DNA from: Candidatus Marinacidobacterales bacterium
GTDB lineage: Bacteria > Acidobacteriota > Vicinamibacteria > Marinacidobacterales > DATDRI01
Assembly: GCA_965226495.1 (NCBI GenBank)
Contig: OZ245365.1
Coordinates: 4,288,001 to 4,352,000, forward strand
DNA: 64,000 nucleotides
Reading direction: 5' to 3'
In this document: piece after piece, positions 9,628 through 20,574 of the stretch
How positions within the stretch are numbered: position 1 is the stretch's first letter
How the letters are laid out: each line of letters starts with the position of its first letter
The notes under the pieces: generated by a model
Seen by the model: only the letters and a program-made list of their open reading frames with translations
Database searches by the model: none
What the model was told of the DNA's origin: nothing
Position numbers and translations under genes: made by a program

Positions 9628-10869
9628 TCACGCGGTCCCTTCCTGACGAAGGCGGATTCGAACCTTGTTGATTCTTTGACCCTCGGCGTCGACCACTTCG
9701 ATGGTCAGCCCCTGATAGTCGATCGCCTCCCCGGACTGCGGCACTCGGCCCAAAGCGGCAAGCACGAAGCCCGATACCGTATCGAAACCCTTTCCGTTGA
9801 CGTCGAGATCGAGCTTTTCCTTGAGCACATCGACATCGGCCCGGCCGCTCACCAAGAACACCCCGTCGCCCTCGCGTACGAACTCTTCCCCGACCTCCTC
9901 GTCGAACTCATCGTGAATCTCGCCCACGATCTCTTCGAGAATGTCCTCGACCGTCAGGAGCCCCGAGGTCCCCCCGTACTCGTCTACCACTATGGCGATA
10001 GTAGAACGGCTGCGCTGGAACTCTCGCAGTAAGTCGGAGACTTTCTTGGTCTCGGGTACGAATTTCACGGGTCGGATGAGTGAATCGATGGGTTCTTCCG
10101 CCGTTCCATCCGCGTAGGACAGGACGTCAATCGCATGAACGAGGCCCGCGATATGGTCCAAGTTTTCCTCGAAAACCGGAATCCGCGAATACTTCTCGTC
10201 CATGAATAGCTGACGAAGCTCAGCGAGATTGGCCTCACGGCGCACAGCCACCATTTCCGGACGAGGCGTCATGATCTCCCGAACGACCTTGTCGCCTAGA
10301 TCCACGATCGACTGCACCATGCGGCCCTCGTCCCCTTCGAGGATCCCTTCTTCCTCCCCGGTCTCGATGAAGGCCTGGACTTCCTCTTCGCTTACGCCCT
10401 CGTCCTCGGTTTCCTCCTCGTCCTGAACGAACGCCCGAACCAAGTGGGACAGAGGACGACTGATGGGCCAGATCATCGCGTGATAGATTCGAAACGCGGG
10501 AAGTAAGGCCAAAAGGACACGCTCCGGACTGCTCCGAGCGATAAAATTCGGCAACACCTCACGGAAAATCAAGTAAGCCGGCAGCATCGTCAAAAACGCC
10601 AGAACGAGTGCTTGTGCGGGGCTACGGTCGATGTAGAACTGAGTGAGCAAGACCGTTGCCGCGATGAGGCCGCCTTGGATACCGATGCGAAGCGGCAGCA
10701 AGAGCCGCATGGGATCTTCCAGGCAACGATCCAGAAACTCGGTCTTCCAACTTTCCTCGCCGTATTGCCGGATGGTGATCTTGCTGAAGTAGTGGAAGGC
10801 GACATCAATAGTAGACAAGAAGAGCGCCAAAATCAGAAGGCACGAGATCCCGGTCAGCGTCAGGTCCAT
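9628..10869 (-). CDS. Hemolysin/CNNM-family protein (DUF21-CBS-CorC)
   Basis: N-terminal TM helices, VREIMTPR, YSRIPV, VVDEYGGTSGLLTVEDILEEIVGEIHDEFD, CorC C-terminus. Confidence 0.92.
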   Translation of the reverse strand: MDLTLTGISCLLILALFLSTIDVAFHYFSKITIRQYGEESWKTEFLDRCLEDPMRLLLPLRIGIQGGLIAATVLLTQFYIDRSPAQALVLAFLTMLPAYLIFREVLPNFIARSSPERVLLALLPAFRIYHAMIWPISRPLSHLVRAFVQDEEETEDEGVSEEEVQAFIETGEEEGILEGDEGRMVQSIVDLGDKVVREIMTPRPEMVAVRREANLAELRQLFMDEKYSRIPVFEENLDHIAGLVHAIDVLSYADGTAEEPIDSLIRPVKFVPETKKVSDLLREFQRSRSTIAIVVDEYGGTSGLLTVEDILEEIVGEIHDEFDEEVGEEFVREGDGVFLVSGRADVDVLKEKLDLDVNGKGFDTVSGFVLAALGRVPQSGEAIDYQGLTIEVVDAEGQRINKVRIRLRQEGTA

Positions 10870-10884
10870 CGCTCTCTCAGCATC

Positions 10885-11433
10885 TTAACGGCTCGCTCGA
10901 CGGTGTGTAATCCCGTACTTCCGTCTCATGCGGTACTCGATCCGTCTCATCTCTCCATGGTCGGACTCGTGATCGTATCCGAGTAAATGAAGTAATCCGT
11001 GCAGTGCAAGAACTCGTAGCTCGCGCGGCAGTGTCGATCCTCGCCGGCGAGCCTGCCGGCGGGCGGTCTCTACCGAGATCACAATGTCACCGAGGTAGTC
11101 CGCTTCGTCGGAGAAATCTCCATCGCGAGCGGGAAAGGACAAAACGTCGGTCGATCGATCGTAGCCACGGAACGTGCGGTTGAGATGCCGCATCCGCTCA
11201 TCTCCCACCAGGACGAGGCTTGCGGAGGCTCCGGCAGGGGCCACTTCTCCTGCTACCTGGCTGAGAAACGTGCGGAGCGGACGGCCGTCGACTTTTATTC
11301 GACGTTGAAGATTCTTGAGGAGCAGCATAGGCGTCCCGTTGCGTGATGTCGTGGACCGGGCATGCGGTTTCGTTATTGGATGTCCGATCTCGGGGGCCTT
11401 GGGGGCCTGGTCCGGCTCTCCGCTGGTACTCAT
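10885..11433 (-). CDS. ybeY: rRNA maturation endoribonuclease YbeY
   Basis: TDVLSFP, LGDIVIS, HGLLHLLGYDH; ATGA overlap with the upstream gene (alternative start 11328). Confidence 0.95.
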   Translation of the reverse strand: MSTSGEPDQAPKAPEIGHPITKPHARSTTSRNGTPMLLLKNLQRRIKVDGRPLRTFLSQVAGEVAPAGASASLVLVGDERMRHLNRTFRGYDRSTDVLSFPARDGDFSDEADYLGDIVISVETARRQARRRGSTLPRELRVLALHGLLHLLGYDHESDHGEMRRIEYRMRRKYGITHRRASR

Positions 11434-13742
11434 CGGCTATCTTGAACCACTACCGGCTCGACTCGCTTTTCGAAGTCGAAGCCTGGGTAGCTCACCCGAT
11501 GGTGGTAGATACCCATGAGCACCCGCAGGAAGCTCTGCGAGATTCCTTCCAAGTCACGCAGGGTCAGATCACATTCATCGAGCTGCCCATCAAGGAAGAT
11601 GTAGTCGATGATCTGACGGATTACACCCTTGAGACGAGCGGGGCTCGGATCTTCGAGAGTTCTCGATGCCGCCTCTACCGCGTCGGCGATCATAATAATG
11701 CCGGCTTCCTTCGTCTGCGGCTTGGGTCCTGGGTAGCGAAACTCCGCCTCCATCACTTCGCCAAGCGCGGGATCGTGGCTTTCCTTCGCCTTCTCATAGA
11801 AGTAAGTGATGAGCTTGGTGCCGTGATGTTGGGGGATGATATCAACGATCTCGGGGGGAAGATGCATCTCCTTCCCCATCTCGACGCCTTCCTTCACGTG
11901 GCTGGCGATAATGAGCGCGCTCATTTGGGGCGAGAGTCGATCGTGTCGATTGGCTCCTCCGTACTGGTTTTCTACAAAATAGTCCACTTTACGAAGTTTG
12001 CCGATATCATGGTACAGAGCGGCCGTGCGGCAGAAGACGGCGTTTGCTCCAATCGACTCCGCCGCAGACTCGGCTAACGATCCTACCACCACGCTGTGGT
12101 GGTAGGTGCCCGGCGCCTCGAGAGCCAGTTTTCGCAGTATCGGAATGTTGTTGTTCGAAAGCTCGAGGAGCTTGATGTCCGTGGTGCGATCGAAAAGCGA
12201 TTCAAGCGCGGGCAGCACGAACGAAACGACAATCGCCACTCCGGCGCCACTAAGAAGAGCGCAAAGCAGATCGAAACCGAAAGTGGCGACCGGTTCGAAA
12301 CGCTCGGAGAGAAGATCGATGCCGAGCACGATCACCAGATTGACGCTGCCGACAAAGGCACCGGTTTTGATGAGCGCCGTCCGTTGCTTGTACTGAACCA
12401 TCCCCAGGATTGCCCCGAGGCAAGACAGAAGGCTGAAGACACCGAGCTGCAGATTTCCCGTCATGAGTCCATGTGCGACGGAAAAAACCACCGAAGCGAC
12501 CAGCGCGGTAGAGGCGTTCTCTAGAAGTGAGATGAGGACGGCTACCGCGGCGAGCGGAACCAGGTACTGGTAGGAGGAAACGTTGTTGAACGGTGGCGTG
12601 ACGATCTGCTCCCCCACCGTGCTGAATACGAAGAACAACACTCTCGCTAAGGCGAGTTGAAAGACGATGACCAACCCGACCAAAGCAAAGCTCCGGCGCT
12701 TCCAGGAAAGGGTAGGACGGACGGGCCTCAAGAGCTGCCAGAGGCAGTAGAACAGGATTGCGGATAGGATGAAGGCCCCGACGACCCCCGCCAACTGCCA
12801 CCTCTCACCCGCAGCGTCAGAAAGAACTTCGAGCTGCCGCAACACGCCCTCATCGATCTCATCACCCGCCCGAACGATGGCCCTTCCTTTCCTAATGTGG
12901 AAAAAAACAGGCGCCACTTCCTCTCTGGCCGTTCTTCGGAGCTCTTGGGTCTCTGCGAAATTGAAAGTCAGCGTTGGCTGGATGAACAGTGCGCCCAATC
13001 GTGCAACTCTCTTTCGCAGCGTCGGCTCGAGATCCGTAAGAAGGGCCGCCCGTTCCTCTAACTGTTGCTGCGCCTGGTCAACCGTGAAGACTCGAGAAAA
13101 ATCCCGTACAAGGGTCCCGGTATCCGATATCTCGTCCCGACGCGTGATCGGCTGACCCGCCGCGAGCAACCGGTCTTTACTCTCAACGATTTCCCTTTGA
13201 AGCATGTTGGCAACGATGTCCCCCAGCGCTTGCTCGATCTCGGGGCTAAACACTTGCTCGAGTAAGAAGGTGAAATCTGCTTCGGTCAACGGGACTTCGA
13301 AGGCCGCTCGGACATCGTTGAACAGCGCTGAAAGCACCGCTTCCTCGGGGGATTTTTCCTCTTCGAGCCCCCGACCTAGCTCGAAACCCGTCGCAATTTC
13401 CGTTCTCGCAGAAATGGCGGCCCGGTTATTGAAGTCGTAGACCTCGGGCACCTCCGCCTCGGCCTCATCGCGGCGCGCACGGGTCGTGTCCTCGTCCTCG
13501 TAGCTGAAGTCGTACGGCGCCTTCAGATCGACCGTGGCAATCGTCCCCGGCTCGTAACGGGGCGGCCGAACACTCAGACCGGGAGCGATGAGGAGGGTGA
13601 GCAGGATGCTGAACCCCAAGCCCCACGGTAAGGGTGAAGAAAAAACGAGCTCTAGCAGCTCGCGGCGGCGGAACCGACCCTTCGGGCGGCGAGCCTCTTT
13701 CTTCGGACCGTTCTCTCCGTTCTTGGGGTTCAGAGCAGGCAC
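11430..13742 (-). CDS. 7TM-HD (HDIG) membrane phosphohydrolase, PgpH-like
   Basis: Extracellular domain, 7 TM helices, APGTYHHS, YHDIGK, YFVENQ, QHHGT, ADAVEAASR; start uncertain (GTG 13742 chosen). Confidence 0.9.
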   Translation of the reverse strand: MPALNPKNGENGPKKEARRPKGRFRRRELLELVFSSPLPWGLGFSILLTLLIAPGLSVRPPRYEPGTIATVDLKAPYDFSYEDEDTTRARRDEAEAEVPEVYDFNNRAAISARTEIATGFELGRGLEEEKSPEEAVLSALFNDVRAAFEVPLTEADFTFLLEQVFSPEIEQALGDIVANMLQREIVESKDRLLAAGQPITRRDEISDTGTLVRDFSRVFTVDQAQQQLEERAALLTDLEPTLRKRVARLGALFIQPTLTFNFAETQELRRTAREEVAPVFFHIRKGRAIVRAGDEIDEGVLRQLEVLSDAAGERWQLAGVVGAFILSAILFYCLWQLLRPVRPTLSWKRRSFALVGLVIVFQLALARVLFFVFSTVGEQIVTPPFNNVSSYQYLVPLAAVAVLISLLENASTALVASVVFSVAHGLMTGNLQLGVFSLLSCLGAILGMVQYKQRTALIKTGAFVGSVNLVIVLGIDLLSERFEPVATFGFDLLCALLSGAGVAIVVSFVLPALESLFDRTTDIKLLELSNNNIPILRKLALEAPGTYHHSVVVGSLAESAAESIGANAVFCRTAALYHDIGKLRKVDYFVENQYGGANRHDRLSPQMSALIIASHVKEGVEMGKEMHLPPEIVDIIPQHHGTKLITYFYEKAKESHDPALGEVMEAEFRYPGPKPQTKEAGIIMIADAVEAASRTLEDPSPARLKGVIRQIIDYIFLDGQLDECDLTLRDLEGISQSFLRVLMGIYHHRVSYPGFDFEKRVEPVVVQDSR

Positions 13743-13761
13743 TCTATCAATTCCCTTCTCG

Positions 13762-14760
13762 CTACCTTGGATCTTCGACCGGCTCTGGAGTGGGGCGGTT
13801 CGACGGCTGTTTGGCCTTACCGTTGGTGTGACGCTCATAGGCCAAGATGATCGATTGAACCAAACGGTGACGGACAACGTCGGTCTCGTCGAAGTAGGCG
13901 AAGACGATACCGGTGATGTCAGAGATGATATCGATGGACTCCACTAGCCCGCTGGTCTTCCCAGGCGGGAGATCGATTTGGGTGATGTCGCCGGTCACTA
14001 CCGCTTTGGAGCCAAACCCGATGCGAGTCAAGAACATTTTCATTTGTTCTGACGTGGTGTTTTGTGCTTCATCCAAAATAATAAAAGAATCGTTGAGCGT
14101 GCGACCTCGCATGAAGGCGATGGGCGCAATCTCGATCGACCCTCGTTCGATCAGGCGGAGTACGCGCTCGGCATCCATGAGATCGTAGAGAGCATCGTAG
14201 AGGGGACGCAGGTACGGATTGATCTTCTCTTGGATATCACCCGGGAGAAAGCCCAGCCTCTCTCCCGCTTCCACCGCCGGACGCGCGAGAATGATTCGGT
14301 TGACCCGCTTTTGGTTGAACGCAGCGACGGCCATCGCGACGGCTAGATAGGTCTTGCCGGTTCCGGCAGGCCCGATGCCCATGACGATGTCATTCGATTC
14401 AATAGCCTGCAGGTATCGAAGCTGGTTGGCACTTCGCGGGATGACCGTCTTATTCGTCGAGGGGTGAGCGATTCTGCTCCCGAAGAACTCGCGGAGAGAA
14501 ACCTGCGGATCTTCCTTTATCAATCTGAGTGCGATTCGAAAGTCGCCCGAGGCAACCTTGTGACCTTCCTCGATCAAACCCGAGAATTGTTTAAAGATGT
14601 TCTCCACGAAATCGACTTGTTCGGGCTCGCCATCAACCATGAGTTCATGGCCCCGAGCCACAATCTTGACGTTCAGAGCGTTCTCGATGGATTTCAGGTT
14701 CTCGTCTTGAGTACCAAAAAGCGCGAGGGTTCCTTCCCCTGGGATGGTGACTTTCTTCAT
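13762..14760 (-). CDS. phoH: PhoH-family ATPase
   Basis: [35 protein letters not shown]. Confidence 0.96.
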   Translation of the reverse strand: MKKVTIPGEGTLALFGTQDENLKSIENALNVKIVARGHELMVDGEPEQVDFVENIFKQFSGLIEEGHKVASGDFRIALRLIKEDPQVSLREFFGSRIAHPSTNKTVIPRSANQLRYLQAIESNDIVMGIGPAGTGKTYLAVAMAVAAFNQKRVNRIILARPAVEAGERLGFLPGDIQEKINPYLRPLYDALYDLMDAERVLRLIERGSIEIAPIAFMRGRTLNDSFIILDEAQNTTSEQMKMFLTRIGFGSKAVVTGDITQIDLPPGKTSGLVESIDIISDITGIVFAYFDETDVVRHRLVQSIILAYERHTNGKAKQPSNRPTPEPVEDPR

Positions 14761-14954
14761 ACGGTGAGCGGCATTACCACCTTGCAGAATACTCCTTTGG
14801 GGACGGGGCTGCCTCCCGTCTAGACGGCACGATTCTTCCCTAAATTAGGCCAAAATTAGGCAATGGGAAATTCAAGAGGCCGGGAAGTGTGGAAAGAAAG
14901 GGCCAGAACGGGACAACCAAGAGCCCGATTAAGGTGAATCATCTCCTGAAAAAG

Positions 14955-14984
14955 ATGCTAGCACGGGCATCTAAACCCCGTCAA
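14955..14984 (-). promoter_or_regulatory. Putative sigma70 promoter for the phoH operon
   Basis: Minus strand: TTGACG, 18 bp, TAGCAT with a TGn extension. Confidence 0.5.
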
Positions 14985-15029
14985 ATAGCCCTGAAGATCG
15001 GGACAGCGACTGGGCTGTGAACGGTAGGT

Positions 15030-15095
15030 AAATCGGGGACAGGCAGCCCTTTTCCGCTTGAGCTAGAAGACGAAGAGGGTGCCAGTCCCCAATTT
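15030..15095. repeat. REP-like inverted repeat (GGGGACAGGCA...TGCCAGTCCCC)
   Basis: aaatcggggacaggcagccct ... agggtgccagtccccaattt; intergenic, just after a stop codon. Confidence 0.65.
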
Positions 15096-15106
15096 ACAGG
15101 TCTCCA

Positions 15107-17209
15107 CTAGGCCTTGTAGATGTTACACATGAGCCCTTTGAGGTTGGTTGCACCCATCCCAGGGTCGAGGGGCGGCCCATCCATCGTCAGGACATTAATA
15201 TTGGATTCCTTCCAGCCGTAGTCGGGAGGGCCGGCCTCCGGATACCACCACCCGTACTCCGCGCTGACGACTCTCGGGTGAATCCCGTCGAAAAGCTTCG
15301 CCCGGAACTTGACCTTACCTCTCGGCGATTCGATGTACACCCAGTCTCCATCGCGGATCTTCCTTTCGCTGGCTGCATCGGGGTGGATCTCCACTAGCGG
15401 GTCTCGATGCTTCTTCCTCAAGTACTCGGACTGTCTATGCTCCGACCCGAAGAACTCGAAGATCCGGTGTCCGGTGGTAAGTACTAGCGGGTACTGCGAA
15501 ACGAATTCCGCATCCGCGTTTGGGCTCTCGGGAGGCTCTACGTAGTCCGGCAACGGGTCGTATCCCCACTCCTCGTATTGCTTGAGATAGAGCTCCAGTT
15601 TCCCAGAGGTGGTCCGGAAACCGTCCCGCTCATGTTTCCTATACGTCATCGGCGACCCGAGATACGGCATCTGTTTGAACTGTTTCCACGTGAGGCCGGC
15701 GGGCTCGAGGATGTAGTCGAACGAGCCTTCGACGTCGTCCCAAAAGAACTCTTCGAAACCTAGCTTCTTTCCCAACTCATTCAGAATTTTATGATCGGAC
15801 CAAGCTTCACCTCGTGGCTCCACTACCTTGTTGCGGGGGAAGACATGACCGTGGATCTTCCAATAATCCGCGATATTGTCGTGCTCTAGCCAAGTAGCCG
15901 CAGGAAGCACGATGTCCGCAAGCTCGGTCGTGGGTGTCCTGAAGATGTCGGTGGCGACGAAGAACTCTACCTTTTGCAGGGCATCGTAGACACGGTACGC
16001 GTTTTCCCTCGCCGTCAGGAGATTGCTGGCGAACATCACCAAAGCGCGAACTTTGTACGGTTGTTCTTCGAGTATCGCGTCCCAGACCACATGAGGCGTA
16101 ATCCGGCTGATGTAGGCGCCGAGCTTGTAGCGATCGCCGCCCAACATCTTGGCTTTTTGCGTCTCTGGGAGTTTGTCGAAGAAGGAAAAAGTGGCGCGGG
16201 GAAGGACCGGAGGAAGACCGAAGATGGCGTTGCCACCGGGGACGTCCAGGTTGCCGGTGAGCGCGACCATATATAGCAGCGCCCGATCGGCGTCGACGCA
16301 ATTGACGTTCTGCTCGATCCCAACGCCCCATTGAAGGGCTGCCGGCTTGGTCGTGGCGTAGAGTCGCGCCGCCTCGATGATCTTCGACGTCGGGACCCAT
16401 GTGATCCTTTCCACCTCCTCCGGCGGGAATCGCTCGACCCTCTTGGAAAGCTCTTCGAAACCCACGGTGTACTTCTCAACGAACTCGCGGTCGTATAAGC
16501 CCTCCTTGATAATGACGTGGAGCATGCCGAGCGCCAGTGCCGAATCGGTGGCGGGGCGAATTTGAAGCCAGAGATCGGCGCGCTCGGCCAAACTGTTCCT
16601 TCGGGGATCGACGACGATGAGCTTGGCGCCTTTGGCCAACGTGTTAGCCATGTTGATCGCCTTGTTCTCGTCAGGGTTCGAGATCAAATGGTTGCTTCCC
16701 CACGCGAGCACGCACTGGGGGTCGCCGCCATAGTCACAAAGCGGAAGCTCCGTCCCCATGACTCGTGATATCGCGACTCTCGGGATGTAGCACATGTGGC
16801 CGGGAGACATGATGTTCGGGGTCCCGTAGAGATTGGCCAAGCGATAGAGAAAACGGTGGAAGTCCCGCCCGGTTCCATGCCCGAAGACGGTGGCCTCGGC
16901 GCCCGATTCTGTCTTGACCTGGTCGAGTTTCTCCGCGATACCGGTGAGAGCTTCGTCCCAGGAGATACGCTCCCACTTCCCTTCTCCTCTCGCCCCGGCG
17001 CGCTTCATCGGGTGAAGCAATCGGTCCGGGTGCTCCTGAAGCTCGAAGGACGCGTACGCCTTGCTACACGTATAGCCTTTGCTGATGGGATGCTCCCAAT
17101 CGGGCTCGAGTCCGACCGCCTTTCCGTCGTGGACCTTCACATAGACACCGCAACCCCCATGACCGCAGGAGCGGCAAACCGTGCGTACTTTCGAAGAGCC
17201 CTTATCCAT
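15107..17209 (-). CDS. Mo/W-bisPGD oxidoreductase, acetylene-hydratase-like clade
   Basis: CRSCGHGGC...C 4Fe-4S motif, GEGKWERISWDEAL, HMC (putative Cys metal ligand), TTELADIVLPAA, C-terminal Molydop_binding domain; no Tat signal. Confidence 0.88.
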   Translation of the reverse strand: MDKGSSKVRTVCRSCGHGGCGVYVKVHDGKAVGLEPDWEHPISKGYTCSKAYASFELQEHPDRLLHPMKRAGARGEGKWERISWDEALTGIAEKLDQVKTESGAEATVFGHGTGRDFHRFLYRLANLYGTPNIMSPGHMCYIPRVAISRVMGTELPLCDYGGDPQCVLAWGSNHLISNPDENKAINMANTLAKGAKLIVVDPRRNSLAERADLWLQIRPATDSALALGMLHVIIKEGLYDREFVEKYTVGFEELSKRVERFPPEEVERITWVPTSKIIEAARLYATTKPAALQWGVGIEQNVNCVDADRALLYMVALTGNLDVPGGNAIFGLPPVLPRATFSFFDKLPETQKAKMLGGDRYKLGAYISRITPHVVWDAILEEQPYKVRALVMFASNLLTARENAYRVYDALQKVEFFVATDIFRTPTTELADIVLPAATWLEHDNIADYWKIHGHVFPRNKVVEPRGEAWSDHKILNELGKKLGFEEFFWDDVEGSFDYILEPAGLTWKQFKQMPYLGSPMTYRKHERDGFRTTSGKLELYLKQYEEWGYDPLPDYVEPPESPNADAEFVSQYPLVLTTGHRIFEFFGSEHRQSEYLRKKHRDPLVEIHPDAASERKIRDGDWVYIESPRGKVKFRAKLFDGIHPRVVSAEYGWWYPEAGPPDYGWKESNINVLTMDGPPLDPGMGATNLKGLMCNIYKA

Positions 17210-17234
17210 TGAGTTCACTCGTCGTCACTGGTCA

Positions 17235-18758
17235 TCACTGTTTTGGCGGTCTTTTCTCTTGCTCACCTGTTGAATCTGATGCACCCTGACCAATATAGCC
17301 GAGCGCTTCCAATCGGCGTCGGGTTTTTTCGTCCAGCTGCAACTCGTTCTCCGTGTACGTTTGCATAGCCGACGCCTCGCATCGGGCCAACCAGGATTGT
17401 GCGAAGTCTATCATCTTCGCGGCCAGCTCAGGTTTGGCCGCGCTTACGTCTTCGCTCTCGCCTGGGTCGCGTCCCAGATCATAAAGCTCGAGGGATTCTG
17501 TCTCCGCATTCCAGATGCCCTTCCATTCTCGCTGGCGAATCGCCAGGTTGAGATCCCCCCGATTTTCTTTGTGGGGTCGGTAGTACTTTTTCCTGTTGTG
17601 GCGCATCGCGGTCACGCGCATCGAGTTCTCGTCGGCGCCGCCTTCGGGCGTCTCTTGAATCAGGGGGAGCAAACTCCGTCCTCGAAAGCCATCTGCCAGC
17701 TCGGTACCGCCCAGGTACTCAACGATGGTGGGCGCGACGTCCAGCAGCGCCACGGGATGCGACACACGCGTGCCGGCGAACTCGTTGCCAGGAAAACGAA
17801 TGACGAGCGGCACGCGAATGAGCTCTTGATAGACGGATTGATCGTGCTGCCAACTTCCGTGCTCGCCCAGTTCTTCACCATGGTCGGCGAGCACAACGAA
17901 CAGTGTGTTATCCCAGACTCCGGCTTCCTCTAGAGCACGGACGATGCCTCCCAGCCGGTCGTCGGCCTCGGCTACCGTGGCGTCATAAAGCACATCGATT
18001 CGAGGTCCGAGCGCCTTCAAGCGCCGAGCGAGCTCGTCCTGTTTCGCGGTGTTGTCGACCGTACCGAGCGCACGCCTCTCGTCGTAGTCGATGCGCGTCA
18101 GGCGGCGGTAGAGTCGATACGCCTTCTCCACCTCCTGGCGAGTTTCCCGCGACGCTTCCCCGAATCGTTCGACGAAAGTCTGATCGGCCCGATACGGATT
18201 GTGAGGCTCGGTGTTGTGAATGTAGAGAAAAAAGGGTTCGACTGGCCCGGGATCGAATGTACCTAGCCAGGCATTCACAGCCTCGTCATCCACCTGCATA
18301 TCCATAGCCTGAGCGACGTCATACCCCCGCTCGAGCCCGCTCAACGTCCCTCCGTACGGGTTGGCGAAGAATGACGCCGTGTTGTAACCCGCCTGCCCGA
18401 GTCTCATCGGTAAGGTGCGGGCAGTCGCCGCCACCTTGTCTCCGTCAATTAGAACGTTGTGCTCACAAGGCAAGGCGGAGAGAAAGAGAGAGACAACCGA
18501 GGGAAGCGTCCAAGGAGCGGGAGCGCTCGCGTCCTCGAAGAGGACTCCGTCCGAAACGAGGGAGTCGATGTACGGAGAGGTGGGCTTGGCGTATCCGTAG
18601 GCGCCGAGACGATCCGCCCGCAGCGTGTCGATTAAGAAAATGACGACGTTCGGAGTGCGAGAGGGAGTGACCGCTCCATCCCGGGGGGGGTCGGTGGTAC
18701 CACACGCAAAGGCGAATAGTGCGATGCCAAAAGCTAGTCCGAAGATTCGTTTCCCCAT
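17235..18758 (-). CDS. Sulfatase-like lipoprotein
   Basis: Lipobox FAFAC, PNVVIFLIDTLRAD, APWTLPS, ADHGEE, LEALGYI. Confidence 0.85.
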   Translation of the reverse strand: MGKRIFGLAFGIALFAFACGTTDPPRDGAVTPSRTPNVVIFLIDTLRADRLGAYGYAKPTSPYIDSLVSDGVLFEDASAPAPWTLPSVVSLFLSALPCEHNVLIDGDKVAATARTLPMRLGQAGYNTASFFANPYGGTLSGLERGYDVAQAMDMQVDDEAVNAWLGTFDPGPVEPFFLYIHNTEPHNPYRADQTFVERFGEASRETRQEVEKAYRLYRRLTRIDYDERRALGTVDNTAKQDELARRLKALGPRIDVLYDATVAEADDRLGGIVRALEEAGVWDNTLFVVLADHGEELGEHGSWQHDQSVYQELIRVPLVIRFPGNEFAGTRVSHPVALLDVAPTIVEYLGGTELADGFRGRSLLPLIQETPEGGADENSMRVTAMRHNRKKYYRPHKENRGDLNLAIRQREWKGIWNAETESLELYDLGRDPGESEDVSAAKPELAAKMIDFAQSWLARCEASAMQTYTENELQLDEKTRRRLEALGYIGQGASDSTGEQEKRPPKQ

Positions 18759-18812
18759 CCAGTACCCGCCGTCAATCTACACGGCCAGCCGTGGGGCGTT
18801 CAAACGGGAAAT

Positions 18813-19448
18813 CTAGTGTCGGCTCTCGGCCCACGCCTTCCAACTCTCGGACACTTGCGGCACACTCAGGAGTCGGCTCGCCTCGCCCCGGTCCCGCGTT
18901 AGAATGCGGAACACGTCCCCAATGGTGAGGCCATGGTCGGGCCGTGTGACCACTCGTATCTCATCACCCGCGCCCAGTTCTCCCTCCTCGCGGATACGCA
19001 GATACGTACCCGGCCGCCCGGCGGCGACAAAGCGGCGTGGAAAGAGCGAGTCTCCCATACGGTGGGCGAGCTTCCAGCAGGGCACACGGGGATCGGAGAC
19101 TTCGAGCAAGACGCTACCCACTTCCCAGCGTTCGCCGACTACGGCGTTCGTGATATCGATTCCCTCGGTGGTGAGGTTTTCCCCAAACTCGCCGACCTCG
19201 AGCGGGCGGCCGATCTGCGACTCCCACCATTCCTGGTCTTCGACCGCGTAGGCATAAACCGCCTTGTCTGCACCACCGTGAACCCTTCGGTCGGCTTGAT
19301 CGTCCCCTTGGAGATTGACGCCCTGTACCCGCACTCGACCCGGTACCGGATGCTTCCAAATGGCACTCGTGGCACGCTGGCCTCGGTGATCGAACTCACG
19401 AACGCCGCCCACATTCACGGAACGCACTTGACCCGTCGCGTAGATCAT
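18813..19448 (-). CDS. MOSC-domain protein (YiiM-like)
   Basis: GDDQADRRVHGGADKAV, FGENLT, PRVPCWKL, 3-alpha tail; RBS AAGGAGGTGA. Confidence 0.9.
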   Translation of the reverse strand: MIYATGQVRSVNVGGVREFDHRGQRATSAIWKHPVPGRVRVQGVNLQGDDQADRRVHGGADKAVYAYAVEDQEWWESQIGRPLEVGEFGENLTTEGIDITNAVVGERWEVGSVLLEVSDPRVPCWKLAHRMGDSLFPRRFVAAGRPGTYLRIREEGELGAGDEIRVVTRPDHGLTIGDVFRILTRDRGEASRLLSVPQVSESWKAWAESRH

Positions 19449-19519
19449 TTCTCACCTCCTTACAGTATAGCCCTTGGCGGCGGCCCCGAATCGGGGACCG
19501 CCGCACGCGCTACTCCGGC

Positions 19520-20543
19520 TCACGTGCCGGACTTCACATTCCTGGCGAGGAAATCGCGAATCAGACTAGTAATGAGGGCTCCATCTTCCTCGAGCGCGAA
19601 GTGACCGGTATCGATGAGATGAAACTCCAGGTTCTCGAGGTCGCGCTTGTAGGGGTGGGCACCTTCCGCTGGAAAGATCGGGTCGTTCTTTCCCCAAGTA
19701 ATGAGGGTCGGTGGCTGATACTTGCGGAAGTACGCCTGCCACTCGGGATAGAGAGGCGGGTTGGTTCCATAGTCGTAGAACATGGCGAGCTGTTCCATAG
19801 TCGTAGAACATGGCGAGCTGAATCTCTTGGTTGCCCTCTCGATCCAAGAGACGTTGATCGATGTGCCAGTTGTCGGGGCTGATGGTCTCGACGTTGCGGA
19901 TGCCGTGCGTGTACTGCCACTTGGTCGCGTCGATGGTGAGAAGTCCCCGGAGCTTGTCGCCGTTCTCAGCTGTCTTGTCTTGCCAATACGCCTTGATGGG
20001 ATCCCAGAACTCCAGCAAGCCCTCGTCATAGGCGTTTCCATTCTGGATGAGGAGTGTATCCACCCGCTCGGGGTGTTTGGCGGCCAGGCGAAAACCGATC
20101 GGTGCACCGTAGTCCATGAGGTACAGACTATAGGAGTCGAGGCCGAGCTCGACGGTAAGTTTCTCGACGACATCGGCCATTCGGTCGAAGGTGTAGTCGA
20201 ACTCATCGACCGACGGCATGGGGCTGTTCCCATACCCGGGGTAGTCAGGCGCCACGACGTGGTAGCGATCCGCCAAGGCGGGAATCAGGTTCCTGAACAT
20301 ATGAGAAGACGTGGGGAACCCGTGCAGCAGCAACACCGTGGGCGCGTCGGCAGGACCCGCCTCGCGGTAAAAGATGTCGAGCCCATCGATGGCGACGGTC
20401 TTGTACAAGACGCGAGCGACGTCGGTGGTGTCGAGTGACTCGGCCCGAGTGCGGGTAGTTGACGAGAGTGCGACGATCCCCGCCGACACCATAACGGTGG
20501 CGAGAAGGGTTGCGATCCTCGTTCGCGAAAGTATTCGTTTCAT
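19520..20543 (-). pseudogene. Secreted alpha/beta hydrolase frameshifted by a 28-bp tandem duplication
   Basis: [24 protein letters not shown]; ttccatagtcgtagaacatggcgagctg occurs twice (19765-19792, 19793-19820) and splits ORFs 19566-20804 and 19520-20233. Confidence 0.8.
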
Positions 20544-20574
20544 GACCTTTCTCCTTTCAAAACCGGGCCGCTTT

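Noticed and set aside
14843-14861. AAATTAGGC direct repeat in the phoH leader
   Set aside because: Two short copies only; cannot be assigned to a regulator and is not a Pho box.
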